From a virus (taxonomy: Duplodnaviria > Heunggongvirae > Uroviricota > Caudoviricetes): 64,000 nucleotides of DNA. Position 1 is the stretch's first letter; every line of letters begins with the position of its first letter. Under the pieces are notes generated by a model. It was not told where the DNA came from. It saw only the letters and a program-made list of their open reading frames with translations, and ran no database searches. Shown one piece after another: positions 17,801 through 25,113 of this stretch. The translations under genes and the position numbers were made by a program. The stretch is taken from the IMG/VR virus record IMGVR_UViG_3300033463_000001, positions 147,298 to 211,297 of that record, one strand, 5' to 3'.

Positions 17801-18408
17801 TTAAGTTCGAGGATACTGAGAATAACCGCTACATCTACTTGCCGCAAACAAAGGATATCGTACGTGACATGGCTTACACCGACAACGTTGCACAACCTTG
17901 GTTTGCTCCTGTAGGTTACAAGCGTGGTAGACTGGACGCTATCAAGCCGCGTAAGACTCTGAAGTTGAGTGAGGAAGACATCCTGTATGCTAACTCTATT
18001 AACTTCGTTAAGTCGTTCAGCGGTGAAGGTCATAGAATCTGGGGTCAAAAGACTATGGTTCGTCAAGAGCCGGGCGCAGACGACACAATGCTGTCACGTA
18101 TCGCAGTTCGTAGGATGCTGCTTTATGTACGCAAACTCGTTGCGATTGCATGTAACCAGCTTATCTTCGACCCGAACGACCCGACTATGGTTAACCAGGT
18201 TTACAGTGCCGTAGATTCTATCCTGTCACAGGTTAAAGAGAATCGTGGTATATCGGATAAGAAGGTTAAGATTCTCTCCGATGCGAAGAGTGTTGCAGAT
18301 ATGATGGAGTTGAACGGTGTTATCTACATCAAACCGTACATGGCACTTGAGTACATCAACTTCGACTTCGTACTGACACCGGAAGGCGTATCGTTCTCAG
18401 ACATCTAA
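14875..18408 (+). CDS. Tail sheath protein (contractile tail)
   Basis: HVSPGVYSREV N-terminus; DINIFATPGID, YPWVKF, PWFAPVGYKRG, GHRIWGQKT, RIAVRRML, IKPYMALEYINFDFVLTP. Confidence 0.95.
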   Translation: MANNTKTKARQTHVSPGVYSREVEIPYAVKSLGRTKLALVGETQRGRAFEPVSVQDWTAFQKEFGGLDASKFKGNQYPKYELPYIAKTYLEESNSLSVCRVLGLSGYNAGPAWLITASGTDTDEKGNLKKRVVAVLRARGDYKKSVMFNKNANTAETCACQYTAYDTLIYRVGERMEGVEDCHGVTHYDGTAVSIEEYFSLDNYGNECEGYNISGEGSGFNINVNNLGQFTIKGRLSTGGTFSYPVSLNAADNNQYILNVFGTTPEEGDAPLWVEALYDVNLLGDVQSGRVTRIDSELTFIDVEYTPEFCGTKPVHSLLNRGEEMLTKGMVGMRFLADPTTIDDGNVVTVHPYDYNTNKPFVCTQIKGTETSGIADDLYATEIDGNTLLFDESGTVIDALDSGSPYYEEFKDYTSTPALTSLGVCGSTCCTVKAKLSNGLVFIQGCELGQIYTVKMFTDKDGKRNYVYAYYPENIVRSELSLGVGQGYKVDIVPIMDKLIDTDQPRAIDYQFNDNENKRALALFADGYYYRIKDGKIARVTMDMNNYKSQYRHAITPWLVSQVKGDTKTINLVKLFRFHTINDGKEANKDIKVSIANILPDQALFDVYIRDINDSDGSPKILERYTKCSLLPGDPRFLGYKIGTFDGEFEQKSAYVTVEIAEGDAVTTAVPCGFLGYPTNIYSGIIASGKTNSEAIVSPDIVYNTMYDEDLRARKQYFGISDLTGYDIDLFTFKGRNVYTEDATYLGNGFHLDCRLGSDSYMTGVEPAEILVDGKAGYVFSTVGVSEHTEGHEGAPVLTNETTMEDNLYSDVAIRKFTLFFYGAFDGWDVYRDQRTNTDDFSIKKYKGIISTTNGEGRTFEAIQDAEALELESPGITSDYYAYLSGYRQYCNPSAIDINIFATPGIDYVNNGDLVKEVIDMIEEERADSIYVITTPDKPAGASDDKASMYTAQEAADNYVDSDISSNYCCTSYPWVKFEDTENNRYIYLPQTKDIVRDMAYTDNVAQPWFAPVGYKRGRLDAIKPRKTLKLSEEDILYANSINFVKSFSGEGHRIWGQKTMVRQEPGADDTMLSRIAVRRMLLYVRKLVAIACNQLIFDPNDPTMVNQVYSAVDSILSQVKENRGISDKKVKILSDAKSVADMMELNGVIYIKPYMALEYINFDFVLTPEGVSFSDI

Positions 18409-18416
18409 AAAGTTAC

Positions 18417-18448
18417 AGATGGTGGGTAGAAATTTCTACTCACCGTCT
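18417..18448 (+). terminator. Long hairpin after sheath
   Basis: AGATGGTGGGTAGAA / TTCTACTCACCGTCT, 15-bp stem with two G-U pairs. Confidence 0.65.
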
Positions 18449-18466
18449 AAAAACTTTATTTAACTA

Positions 18467-18475
18467 TATTTATAG
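18467..18475 (+). promoter_or_regulatory. Putative late promoter motif (3/8)
   Basis: TATTTATAG upstream of ATG 18491. Confidence 0.6.
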
Positions 18476-18490
18476 TAAAAACATAGTAAG

Positions 18491-18850
18491 ATGAGCAAGA
18501 AATTAAATAACCTAGATTATCAGGCATACAAGGCCGAGAAACAAATCAACGAAGGCCTGCGTATCCTGCGCGAGGGATATGTGTTTCATGAGGACGAGGC
18601 GCCTGCACAAGAACCGGTAGCTCAGGAACCTGAAAATCCAGTTGACAACAGTGTAGATTTCATTGACAAGGGTGAGTTTAGTAGCGCAGACGCTGATGTT
18701 ACTGCAATTCGTAAACTTGTCTTCAAAACAATGGAGCAATGCTGCGACGATGTAACTTCAACGAAGTACAACGTAATGAAAAAGATTTGGAACCTCCTGG
18801 ACTCAATCGCAAAACCAGCGGATGAAGGCACAGCGGGAAATAAAGAATAA
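18491..18850 (+). CDS. Acidic hypothetical late protein
   Basis: 119 aa between sheath and tube. Confidence 0.75.
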   Translation: MSKKLNNLDYQAYKAEKQINEGLRILREGYVFHEDEAPAQEPVAQEPENPVDNSVDFIDKGEFSSADADVTAIRKLVFKTMEQCCDDVTSTKYNVMKKIWNLLDSIAKPADEGTAGNKE

Positions 18851-18862
18851 AAACACACGAAC

Positions 18863-19348
18863 ATGAGCCTACTTATTAAAATTCCTCTTGATTACGAGCC
18901 TAAGAAAAAGAACAGATGGCTTCTCCGATTCCCTGCAGACCTCGGAATCCAGGAGTGGTGGTTGCAGTCATGTCAACGTCCTCACCTGAAGATTAACGAT
19001 GTGGAAGTTCCATTCCTCAACACGTCTACCTGGGTAGCCGGCCGTTATAGTTGGGAGCCTGTCAATTTCACACTGAATGACCCGATTGGTCCTTCTGCTG
19101 CACAAGCAATCATGGAATGGAACCGTCTCTGTGCGGAGTCCGTATCCGGCCGTATGGGTTATGCAAGTGGTTATAAGCGTGATGCCGAGCTTGAACTTCT
19201 TGACCCGACCGGTGTTGGTGTAGAGAAGTGGATTCTGAAGAATGCATGGTTGACAAGTAGTAACTTTGGCGACCTGGATTACAAACAGGATGAGCTTGCT
19301 GGTATTACCTGTGACCTCAGGATTGACTACGCTATCCTTGTATATTAA
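18863..19348 (+). CDS. Tail tube protein (T4 gp19-like)
   Basis: YEPKKKNRW, TWVAGRYSWEPVNFTLNDPIGPS, LELLDPTGVGVEKWILKNAW, LRIDYAIL. Confidence 0.92.
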   Translation: MSLLIKIPLDYEPKKKNRWLLRFPADLGIQEWWLQSCQRPHLKINDVEVPFLNTSTWVAGRYSWEPVNFTLNDPIGPSAAQAIMEWNRLCAESVSGRMGYASGYKRDAELELLDPTGVGVEKWILKNAWLTSSNFGDLDYKQDELAGITCDLRIDYAILVY

Positions 19349-19426
19349 TCAACTGATATACATTTAGTTATTCGAATTGAATCAAGTATGAGTTATGCTT
19401 GTACTTGATTCTTTTTGCACCTGTCA

Positions 19427-19948
19427 ATGCAGCAAGGAACCAAACATACAGATAGAGGTAAGACAAAACCGAAGAAACATAGCGCGTCCCGCAGGCGCGG
19501 TATCTACTCATCGCGTCCGCACAGACAAAAATTCGGTACATCGAAACTGGAGGAGAAGTTCGCACATCAGTTCCTTGATAAACTAGGAGTAAAGTATGTT
19601 TATCAATACGAGGCCACAAACATCGGACGGTACTTCGACTTCCGGATATACCATGAGTATGAAGGCGGCGCCAAACACATGGGACCTATTATAGAGATTC
19701 AAGGCACGTACTGGCATGCTGACCCGCGTGTGTATGATGTAGAAGACCTAAATAGGACGCAGAAGCGAGATATCATCATTGATGAAGTAAAGAGGAAGTG
19801 GTGTAGCAAAAATGGTATTCGCGTCATCTATGTGTGGGAAAAGGATATCAACGAACGACCAAGCGAGGTTATGTCGATGCTAAAAGAGGAATTAAAGGCC
19901 TACAGAAGTGAAATTGAATTGTTTGACGATAAGCGGAAACGGCACTAA
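19427..19948 (+). CDS. Vsr/DUF559-like PD-(D/E)xK endonuclease
   Basis: SKLEEKF...RYFDF...IIEIQGTYWH...D..KRKWCSKNGIRVIYVWEKD. Confidence 0.75.
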   Translation: MQQGTKHTDRGKTKPKKHSASRRRGIYSSRPHRQKFGTSKLEEKFAHQFLDKLGVKYVYQYEATNIGRYFDFRIYHEYEGGAKHMGPIIEIQGTYWHADPRVYDVEDLNRTQKRDIIIDEVKRKWCSKNGIRVIYVWEKDINERPSEVMSMLKEELKAYRSEIELFDDKRKRH

Positions 19949-19953
19949 TTGAG

Positions 19954-19962
19954 TATTTATTG
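19954..19962 (+). promoter_or_regulatory. Putative late promoter motif (4/8)
   Basis: TATTTATTG upstream of ATG 19981. Confidence 0.6.
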
Positions 19963-19980
19963 TTAGACATTCATCTAAAC

Positions 19981-20352
19981 ATGGAAGATAAGATTTTATA
20001 CATCACAGAAAACGATATTAAGGCAATCGTTGTCGAAGCCACAACAGAACTTCTAAAACGCGCTGCACTCGATGAAGATAGGGATGCCGTCAGCGATATA
20101 GACCTTGGTGGAGAGATTGCCGGCGGAATGGCAGAACAGGTTTCCAATTTCCCCGTGTGGGCAATTCACTATGCTGCATATGGAGAAGCGGACGGCCTTG
20201 AAGACGAGGATGCCAAGCTAGTTGACCGGTGGATGGACGAAAATGGATTCAGCCATTTGGTTGACGCTAGTGACGAGACGAATTTTAGCTCACATCCGGT
20301 ATTCGGGTTAGCGTGTGACTGTGTAGAGTGGGCTACGTTCGAAAAGAAATAA
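19981..20352 (+). CDS. Acidic hypothetical late protein (candidate internal virion protein)
   Basis: N-terminal ITENDIKAIVVEA..LL...LDE leader. Confidence 0.7.
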   Translation: MEDKILYITENDIKAIVVEATTELLKRAALDEDRDAVSDIDLGGEIAGGMAEQVSNFPVWAIHYAAYGEADGLEDEDAKLVDRWMDENGFSHLVDASDETNFSSHPVFGLACDCVEWATFEKK

Positions 20353-20470
20353 GGTGCACTTTTTAGTGCATGTTGTTGTTGTTTGCGAAGGTGGGAGACC
20401 GTGAGGCCTCCCCTTTTTGTTGAAAAAAATATTTTGATTGTATATATTGGAGAAAGAATATTCTACAACA

Positions 20471-21745
20471 ATGGCAAACGATACAGAAAAGAAAGAGAAA
20501 GAGCGCCAACGGCTAATTAAGCAGTGTATTAACGAACTCGACATGCACGAGCACACGCTAGCGACATTGCATGACACGACAAAGCATAAGAGGCCGAAAG
20601 ATGACGCCGAGGAGAAAATTAAAGAGGCTATCAGCGACACACGCGCAAAGTTAGCCAAACTTGGTGTTGATGATAACGAGTTACAGAGATTGCGTTCTGC
20701 TACGACACGTTCAGTGACAGAGAAGCAAATGACTCGCATTGATGAAGCAGCAAGCATTCAACCGCTTGTTGCGACTCCTGTAACTGTTTCAGATATGGTT
20801 GCTCCGGATTTCGACGTTACGATACCGAAGATTGCCAATCCTGTTGACTTTGATGTTCAATACGATGTGATTGACCTTCCTAGTCACGGTGAACCGTATA
20901 AGGGCAAGAAGAAAAGCATAGCAGTGGCATTTATGACAGCCGCTGATGAGAACCTTATTACGTCTCCGAATCTTTATAAGGACGGATTGCTGATTGATTA
21001 CCTTCTGAAGAATAAGATTGTTGAGGAAGGATTTGATGCAGATGACCTGTGTGCCGGCGATGCTGATGCAATCACGTTGTGGCTGCGTGTCACTGCTTAT
21101 GGTAACGAATTCCCTGTAACCATTAAAGACCCGAAGAGCGGTGAGGAGTTTGACTGCACAATCGACTTAATGAACGTTAAGGAGAAACCGTTCAACCTCA
21201 AGGCAGACGAGAATGGTTACTTCGATTACCAAATAACCAAAGAAGATGGTACGCCTGGTGACCTTATCAAGTTCAGGTTCTTGACTAGGCGCGACGAGCG
21301 CAAGCTTCGTAAGATGGATGACTATGAGAATGAGAGTACACGTAAGATTGTCATTGTGCGCAACCTCAACGAAATCCTTAGTCTTCTGCAGGATGGTGAA
21401 TCCATTGATGGTATGACCAACACGGAGCGTAGTGAAATCGTTAGTAAGGTCACCGACTGGGCAACTAAGGCATCAAAGGGTATTACGACTGGTATCTCGA
21501 AGGTTATCACCAACAGGATGGAGATGCAGATTGTCTCTGTTAACGGTGAGACTGATAGGGAGTTCATCCGCAAGTACGTTGCAAATATGCCGACGCGCCA
21601 AGCGCTTGACTTTAGGCGTTACGTTCTTATGAATGAGCCTTCTATGGATTTCGAGATTGAAGTAGAACGCCCTGAGAGTCTGGGAGGTGGCTCCTTTAAA
21701 ACCTTTCTTCCGTGGGACGACACTATTTTCTACCATATCTCCTGA
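20471..21745 (+). CDS. Baseplate-hub / tail assembly chaperone (T4 gp26-like)
   Basis: DVIDLPSHGEPY, VAFMTAADENLITSPNL, GDADAITLWLRVTAYG, IKFRFLT, ALDFRRYV...P.MDF; upstream of tape measure. Confidence 0.8.
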   Translation: MANDTEKKEKERQRLIKQCINELDMHEHTLATLHDTTKHKRPKDDAEEKIKEAISDTRAKLAKLGVDDNELQRLRSATTRSVTEKQMTRIDEAASIQPLVATPVTVSDMVAPDFDVTIPKIANPVDFDVQYDVIDLPSHGEPYKGKKKSIAVAFMTAADENLITSPNLYKDGLLIDYLLKNKIVEEGFDADDLCAGDADAITLWLRVTAYGNEFPVTIKDPKSGEEFDCTIDLMNVKEKPFNLKADENGYFDYQITKEDGTPGDLIKFRFLTRRDERKLRKMDDYENESTRKIVIVRNLNEILSLLQDGESIDGMTNTERSEIVSKVTDWATKASKGITTGISKVITNRMEMQIVSVNGETDREFIRKYVANMPTRQALDFRRYVLMNEPSMDFEIEVERPESLGGGSFKTFLPWDDTIFYHIS

Positions 21746-21950
21746 GTACGAGCGTGAGTTAAAGACGGAATTATTTGCATGCGCAACACACCTACATATT
21801 CCAATAACAACTCTCTATAAGATGCCAATCCGTGACCGGAAGTACTACATCAAACTACACAACGAGGAAATGGAGAAACGCAACGGTAACGCCGGCTCCC
21901 ATAGTCGTACGATAACAGGAGAGGAAGTTAATAAATATGCTGGAGTATAA
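21722..21950 (+). CDS. Overlapping C-terminal chaperone extension (probable frameshift product)
   Basis: SPEYERELKTELF...LYKMPIRDRKYYIK in the +1 frame overlapping the end of 20471-21745; only a GTG (21687) inside the upstream gene as an independent start. Confidence 0.6.
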
Positions 21951-21958
21951 CGACAACG

Positions 21959-21988
21959 AGAGGTGGCCATTGAGTGCTACCTCTTTTG
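21959..21988 (+). terminator. Intrinsic terminator between convergent genes
   Basis: AGAGGTGGC...GCTACCTCT + TTTG. Confidence 0.7.
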
Positions 21989-21990
21989 CG

Positions 21991-22155
21991 TTAAAATAGT
22001 TTATCCCAGGGGATAAATATTAACAGTGGAGACAGAGCGAGGATAGCCAATAAAATTGGTACCCATACAGAATCACTTGTTTTTGTTTCGATACTGTCTA
22101 AGTCAACCATATAGCCCTTTGCGGCTAACGAATCATATCCAAAAAATAGTTTCAT
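21991..22155 (-). CDS. Small antisense membrane protein (54 aa; not in ORF track)
   Basis: Hand-translated MKLFFGYDSLAAKGYMVDLDSIETKTSDSVWVPILLAILALSPLLIFIPWDKLF*; has its own consensus promoter. Confidence 0.75.
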   Translation of the reverse strand: MKLFFGYDSLAAKGYMVDLDSIETKTSDSVWVPILLAILALSPLLIFIPWDKLF

Positions 22156-22169
22156 ACGCGTGTTGTTTT

Positions 22170-22226
22170 TAATTTTCGATACAAAGATAAGTGAAATTTT
22201 TCAAATTTACAAATCCTTTGGACGAT
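22170..22226 (-). promoter_or_regulatory. Bacteroidota primary-sigma (early) promoter, minus strand
   Basis: TTTG (22213-22210), 20-nt spacer, TATCTTTG (22189-22182); near copy of 1240-1290. Confidence 0.85.
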
Positions 22227-22250
22227 TTCCTTAAAATAACACAAAAAAGG

Positions 22251-22259
22251 TATTTATTG
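22251..22259 (+). promoter_or_regulatory. Putative late promoter motif (5/8)
   Basis: TATTTATTG upstream of tape measure ATG 22276. Confidence 0.6.
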
Positions 22260-22275
22260 TTTAGTAATAGTCACC

Positions 22276-25101
22276 ATGGCGAAGAACGAGTTAAATAATG
22301 TCGACAGAGAGCTCCTGAAGAAGGGTATAGAGACGTATAATGACTTGATGAATTTCAGTCAAAACCATACGATTCTCTCACAGGACGAATTGCAACGTAT
22401 GGAGCAATACGCTTCGTATTGGCAGGACTGTGTTGATAGGGGAAAAGAGTTGACACAGACTGAGGAACGAATTCTACGCCAGCAAATTGCTCTTGCAGAA
22501 CAGCAGAAGCAATATCAACTTGACTCACTGAAATTCATTCAAGAGTTCGGTGCGCAAGACGGCGAAATTATCGCAAAGAATGCCGCTCTCATCAAAAAGG
22601 CCATAGAGTACAACAAGGCTGGACTTACAATGGATATGTCCGGCGTTAGTAGTGAAACTGAGGTTGTAATTAAGAAATTCACGGATTTAAACGGGGAATA
22701 TAATAAGTTTACAAAACCAGGTAAGCTTGACCCGATGTCTGCTAGGATGCGCTCACAGCTCGACCTTCTTGCAAAGCACCAGGATGCGCTTAACCAAATC
22801 AATGCGCAGGTTCAAGATATTAGCGACTCAAGCGTTCAAGCACAGATTTCTGCTGAGAAATCGTTAACTAGTCTGAATAACACGAGAACTGTTTTAGGAT
22901 ATATCAGACAGGTTCTTGGCGGTGTTAAGAATAGTATTAACGAAGCAACTAAAGCTTGGAGGAATTTTAATGATGCTGCATTCAAGGCTGGGCGTGAAAT
23001 GGGTATGTCGTTCGAGCAATTGCGCGGCTACCAAATTACAACAATAAAGAATACTCGTGAGTTAGCAATGGCATACGGCCTTGCTCAGGACTCATTAGCT
23101 AAATTCCAAAAACAATATACATCTTTAACACAAAGGAATGTGCTTCTTAATACAACAGACCAGGAAACTGTTGCTGGAATGAGCACATTGATGGGTGAAG
23201 AGTCAGCCATGAAGCTTGTTGACGAGTTTGATAAACTTGGTGGTTCCATGTCTGCTGCTAGTGCATGGGGGATGCAGATGCAGAATATGGCAATGAAATT
23301 TGGCTTGAGTAGCAAGCAATCGGCTGAAGCTCTGGCTAAATCATTCCAAATGGCTAACCGGTATAGCTTCAAGAACGGTATAAGTGGGCTTCAACGTATG
23401 GTATTGCAGTCACAAGCTCTTCGTTTTAATATTGAGGCAGCAAGTGCGGCTATTGATAAAGCATCAAGCTGGGAAGGTGCAATTGATATGGCTTCTCGCA
23501 TGCAGATGCTTGGAGGTACATATGCTTTGCAGTTTAGTAACCCAGGACAGGTGTTATACGAAGCATTGAATGATGCAGAGGCATTTACTAACCGCATTAT
23601 CAATACAGTTGCTGGCAAAGCTAATTTTAACCGAAAAACAGGCAACGCAGATATAAATCCAGTTGATTTGGCATTTATGCGAGAAATGGCAAACGCAACA
23701 GGTGTAAGCTTTGATGAATTGTCTCGTATGGCAAGGCGTAGCGCTACTAACAGAGCTGCTGTTTCTGAAATACAAGATTTAACTATCGACAAAGAGACTC
23801 GCGAAGCTCTAGCTAATATGTCTCAATATAACGCTAAGACTGGGCAGTTTGAGATTAGTTATATGACAGCAGAAGGAGAGGTTACTTCTGCATTAGCAAA
23901 TGTTACTAAGGATATGGTAGACGCGATTCAAAGTAATGTCATATCCGACAAAATGGAAGATAACGTTGCCAATATATATCGATTATTGCGTGAAGAATAC
24001 CTAAAGCGTGCTCGTGAGAGCCAATCGTTCAATGAGAACTATGAAGGTATGAAAACTGGTATTCAAGCGACAATTGCACAGGGTGCAAATGGTGCTATGA
24101 ATTTAGCGCATGATGGTGTTCGCGCGTGGGGTGATAGTGATTTAGTACAATGGGGTGGTGGATTATATAATGTATTAAAACCAACTCTAATAGGACTCGG
24201 AAGTGCATATGCGGCATGGAAAGTTAAGAAATACACTGATAGGATAAGGAAAGCTCCAGGTGGTGTCGGAGGCGGTGGTGGCGTAGCTCATGCTGGTGGA
24301 TATGGAGGAGGTGGTGGTAGTATGCCTGTAGCAATGCCAAACAATCGTGCTGGAGCGGCTCCACATTATAACGGTTATAGTAATGGCGTGCGTCAGCTAC
24401 GTAGTGGTGGTTACCAATATAAGGGACGTACATATATGCCTGGTGACGCTGGATTTAATAACGTCCGCAGCCTACATTCTAGGGGTCTCCGTAGTATGGG
24501 TGGTACTGGTGTTACAGGTGTTCGTGGCGCAGCATCGGCAAACCGTGCAATGTCCGTTGCTAAATTAGGCGGTAGAATGCCTAAGGGTGTTGGATTGGGC
24601 ATGGCCGCTGGTTTGTTAGGTACTGGTATCGATATAGCAAGCGATAAACTCGTTGAAAGCGGAAAAATAGAACGTGGAGGCGGAGCAGATATCGCAATGG
24701 GCGCTGCAGGAGGTGCATTGAGCGGTGCAGCAACTGGTGCTATGATTGGTAGTATTATACCTGGTATTGGTACCGGTATTGGTGCAGCTATTGGCGCGAT
24801 TGCGGGTGGATTGTTTGGAGCCAAAAACAAATCACAGCAAGCTGCAGAGATTCGTGCACAAGCATTGAATAACGAAAGTGCAGGTGCGGGTATTAACGGT
24901 AGCATCAACCTTGTTGTTAGTGGTTCTGTTAAACTTATTGCACCAAACGGAGCAAGCAGCGATATGATGCGTGCAATCAACGACCCGGCTGTACGTAGTC
25001 AGATTACAGATATTGTGCAGCGTGAACTTAGAAAGAGAACTGCATCCGGAACATCTGTTAACATGGGTAATCCAGATATGCAGTTGCAACAAGGAATATA
25101 G
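22276..25101 (+). CDS. Tape measure protein
   Basis: Long helical Ala/Gln/Lys-rich body, Gly-rich hydrophobic segments (GAATGAMIGSIIPGIGTGIGAAIGAIAGGLFG); follows the chaperone. Confidence 0.85.
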   Translation: MAKNELNNVDRELLKKGIETYNDLMNFSQNHTILSQDELQRMEQYASYWQDCVDRGKELTQTEERILRQQIALAEQQKQYQLDSLKFIQEFGAQDGEIIAKNAALIKKAIEYNKAGLTMDMSGVSSETEVVIKKFTDLNGEYNKFTKPGKLDPMSARMRSQLDLLAKHQDALNQINAQVQDISDSSVQAQISAEKSLTSLNNTRTVLGYIRQVLGGVKNSINEATKAWRNFNDAAFKAGREMGMSFEQLRGYQITTIKNTRELAMAYGLAQDSLAKFQKQYTSLTQRNVLLNTTDQETVAGMSTLMGEESAMKLVDEFDKLGGSMSAASAWGMQMQNMAMKFGLSSKQSAEALAKSFQMANRYSFKNGISGLQRMVLQSQALRFNIEAASAAIDKASSWEGAIDMASRMQMLGGTYALQFSNPGQVLYEALNDAEAFTNRIINTVAGKANFNRKTGNADINPVDLAFMREMANATGVSFDELSRMARRSATNRAAVSEIQDLTIDKETREALANMSQYNAKTGQFEISYMTAEGEVTSALANVTKDMVDAIQSNVISDKMEDNVANIYRLLREEYLKRARESQSFNENYEGMKTGIQATIAQGANGAMNLAHDGVRAWGDSDLVQWGGGLYNVLKPTLIGLGSAYAAWKVKKYTDRIRKAPGGVGGGGGVAHAGGYGGGGGSMPVAMPNNRAGAAPHYNGYSNGVRQLRSGGYQYKGRTYMPGDAGFNNVRSLHSRGLRSMGGTGVTGVRGAASANRAMSVAKLGGRMPKGVGLGMAAGLLGTGIDIASDKLVESGKIERGGGADIAMGAAGGALSGAATGAMIGSIIPGIGTGIGAAIGAIAGGLFGAKNKSQQAAEIRAQALNNESAGAGINGSINLVVSGSVKLIAPNGASSDMMRAINDPAVRSQITDIVQRELRKRTASGTSVNMGNPDMQLQQGI

Positions 25102-25113
25102 TGAACATAGATT

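Noticed and set aside
20353-20420. (GTT)n run and two weak hairpins as an ncRNA or repeat
   Set aside because: Only four triplets and short stems; most simply a weak terminator region.
24250-24830. Gly-rich GGT/GGA stretches as a DNA tandem repeat or separate glycine-zipper toxin
   Set aside because: In frame within the tape measure protein, where such hydrophobic Gly-rich segments are usual; no exact repeat unit.
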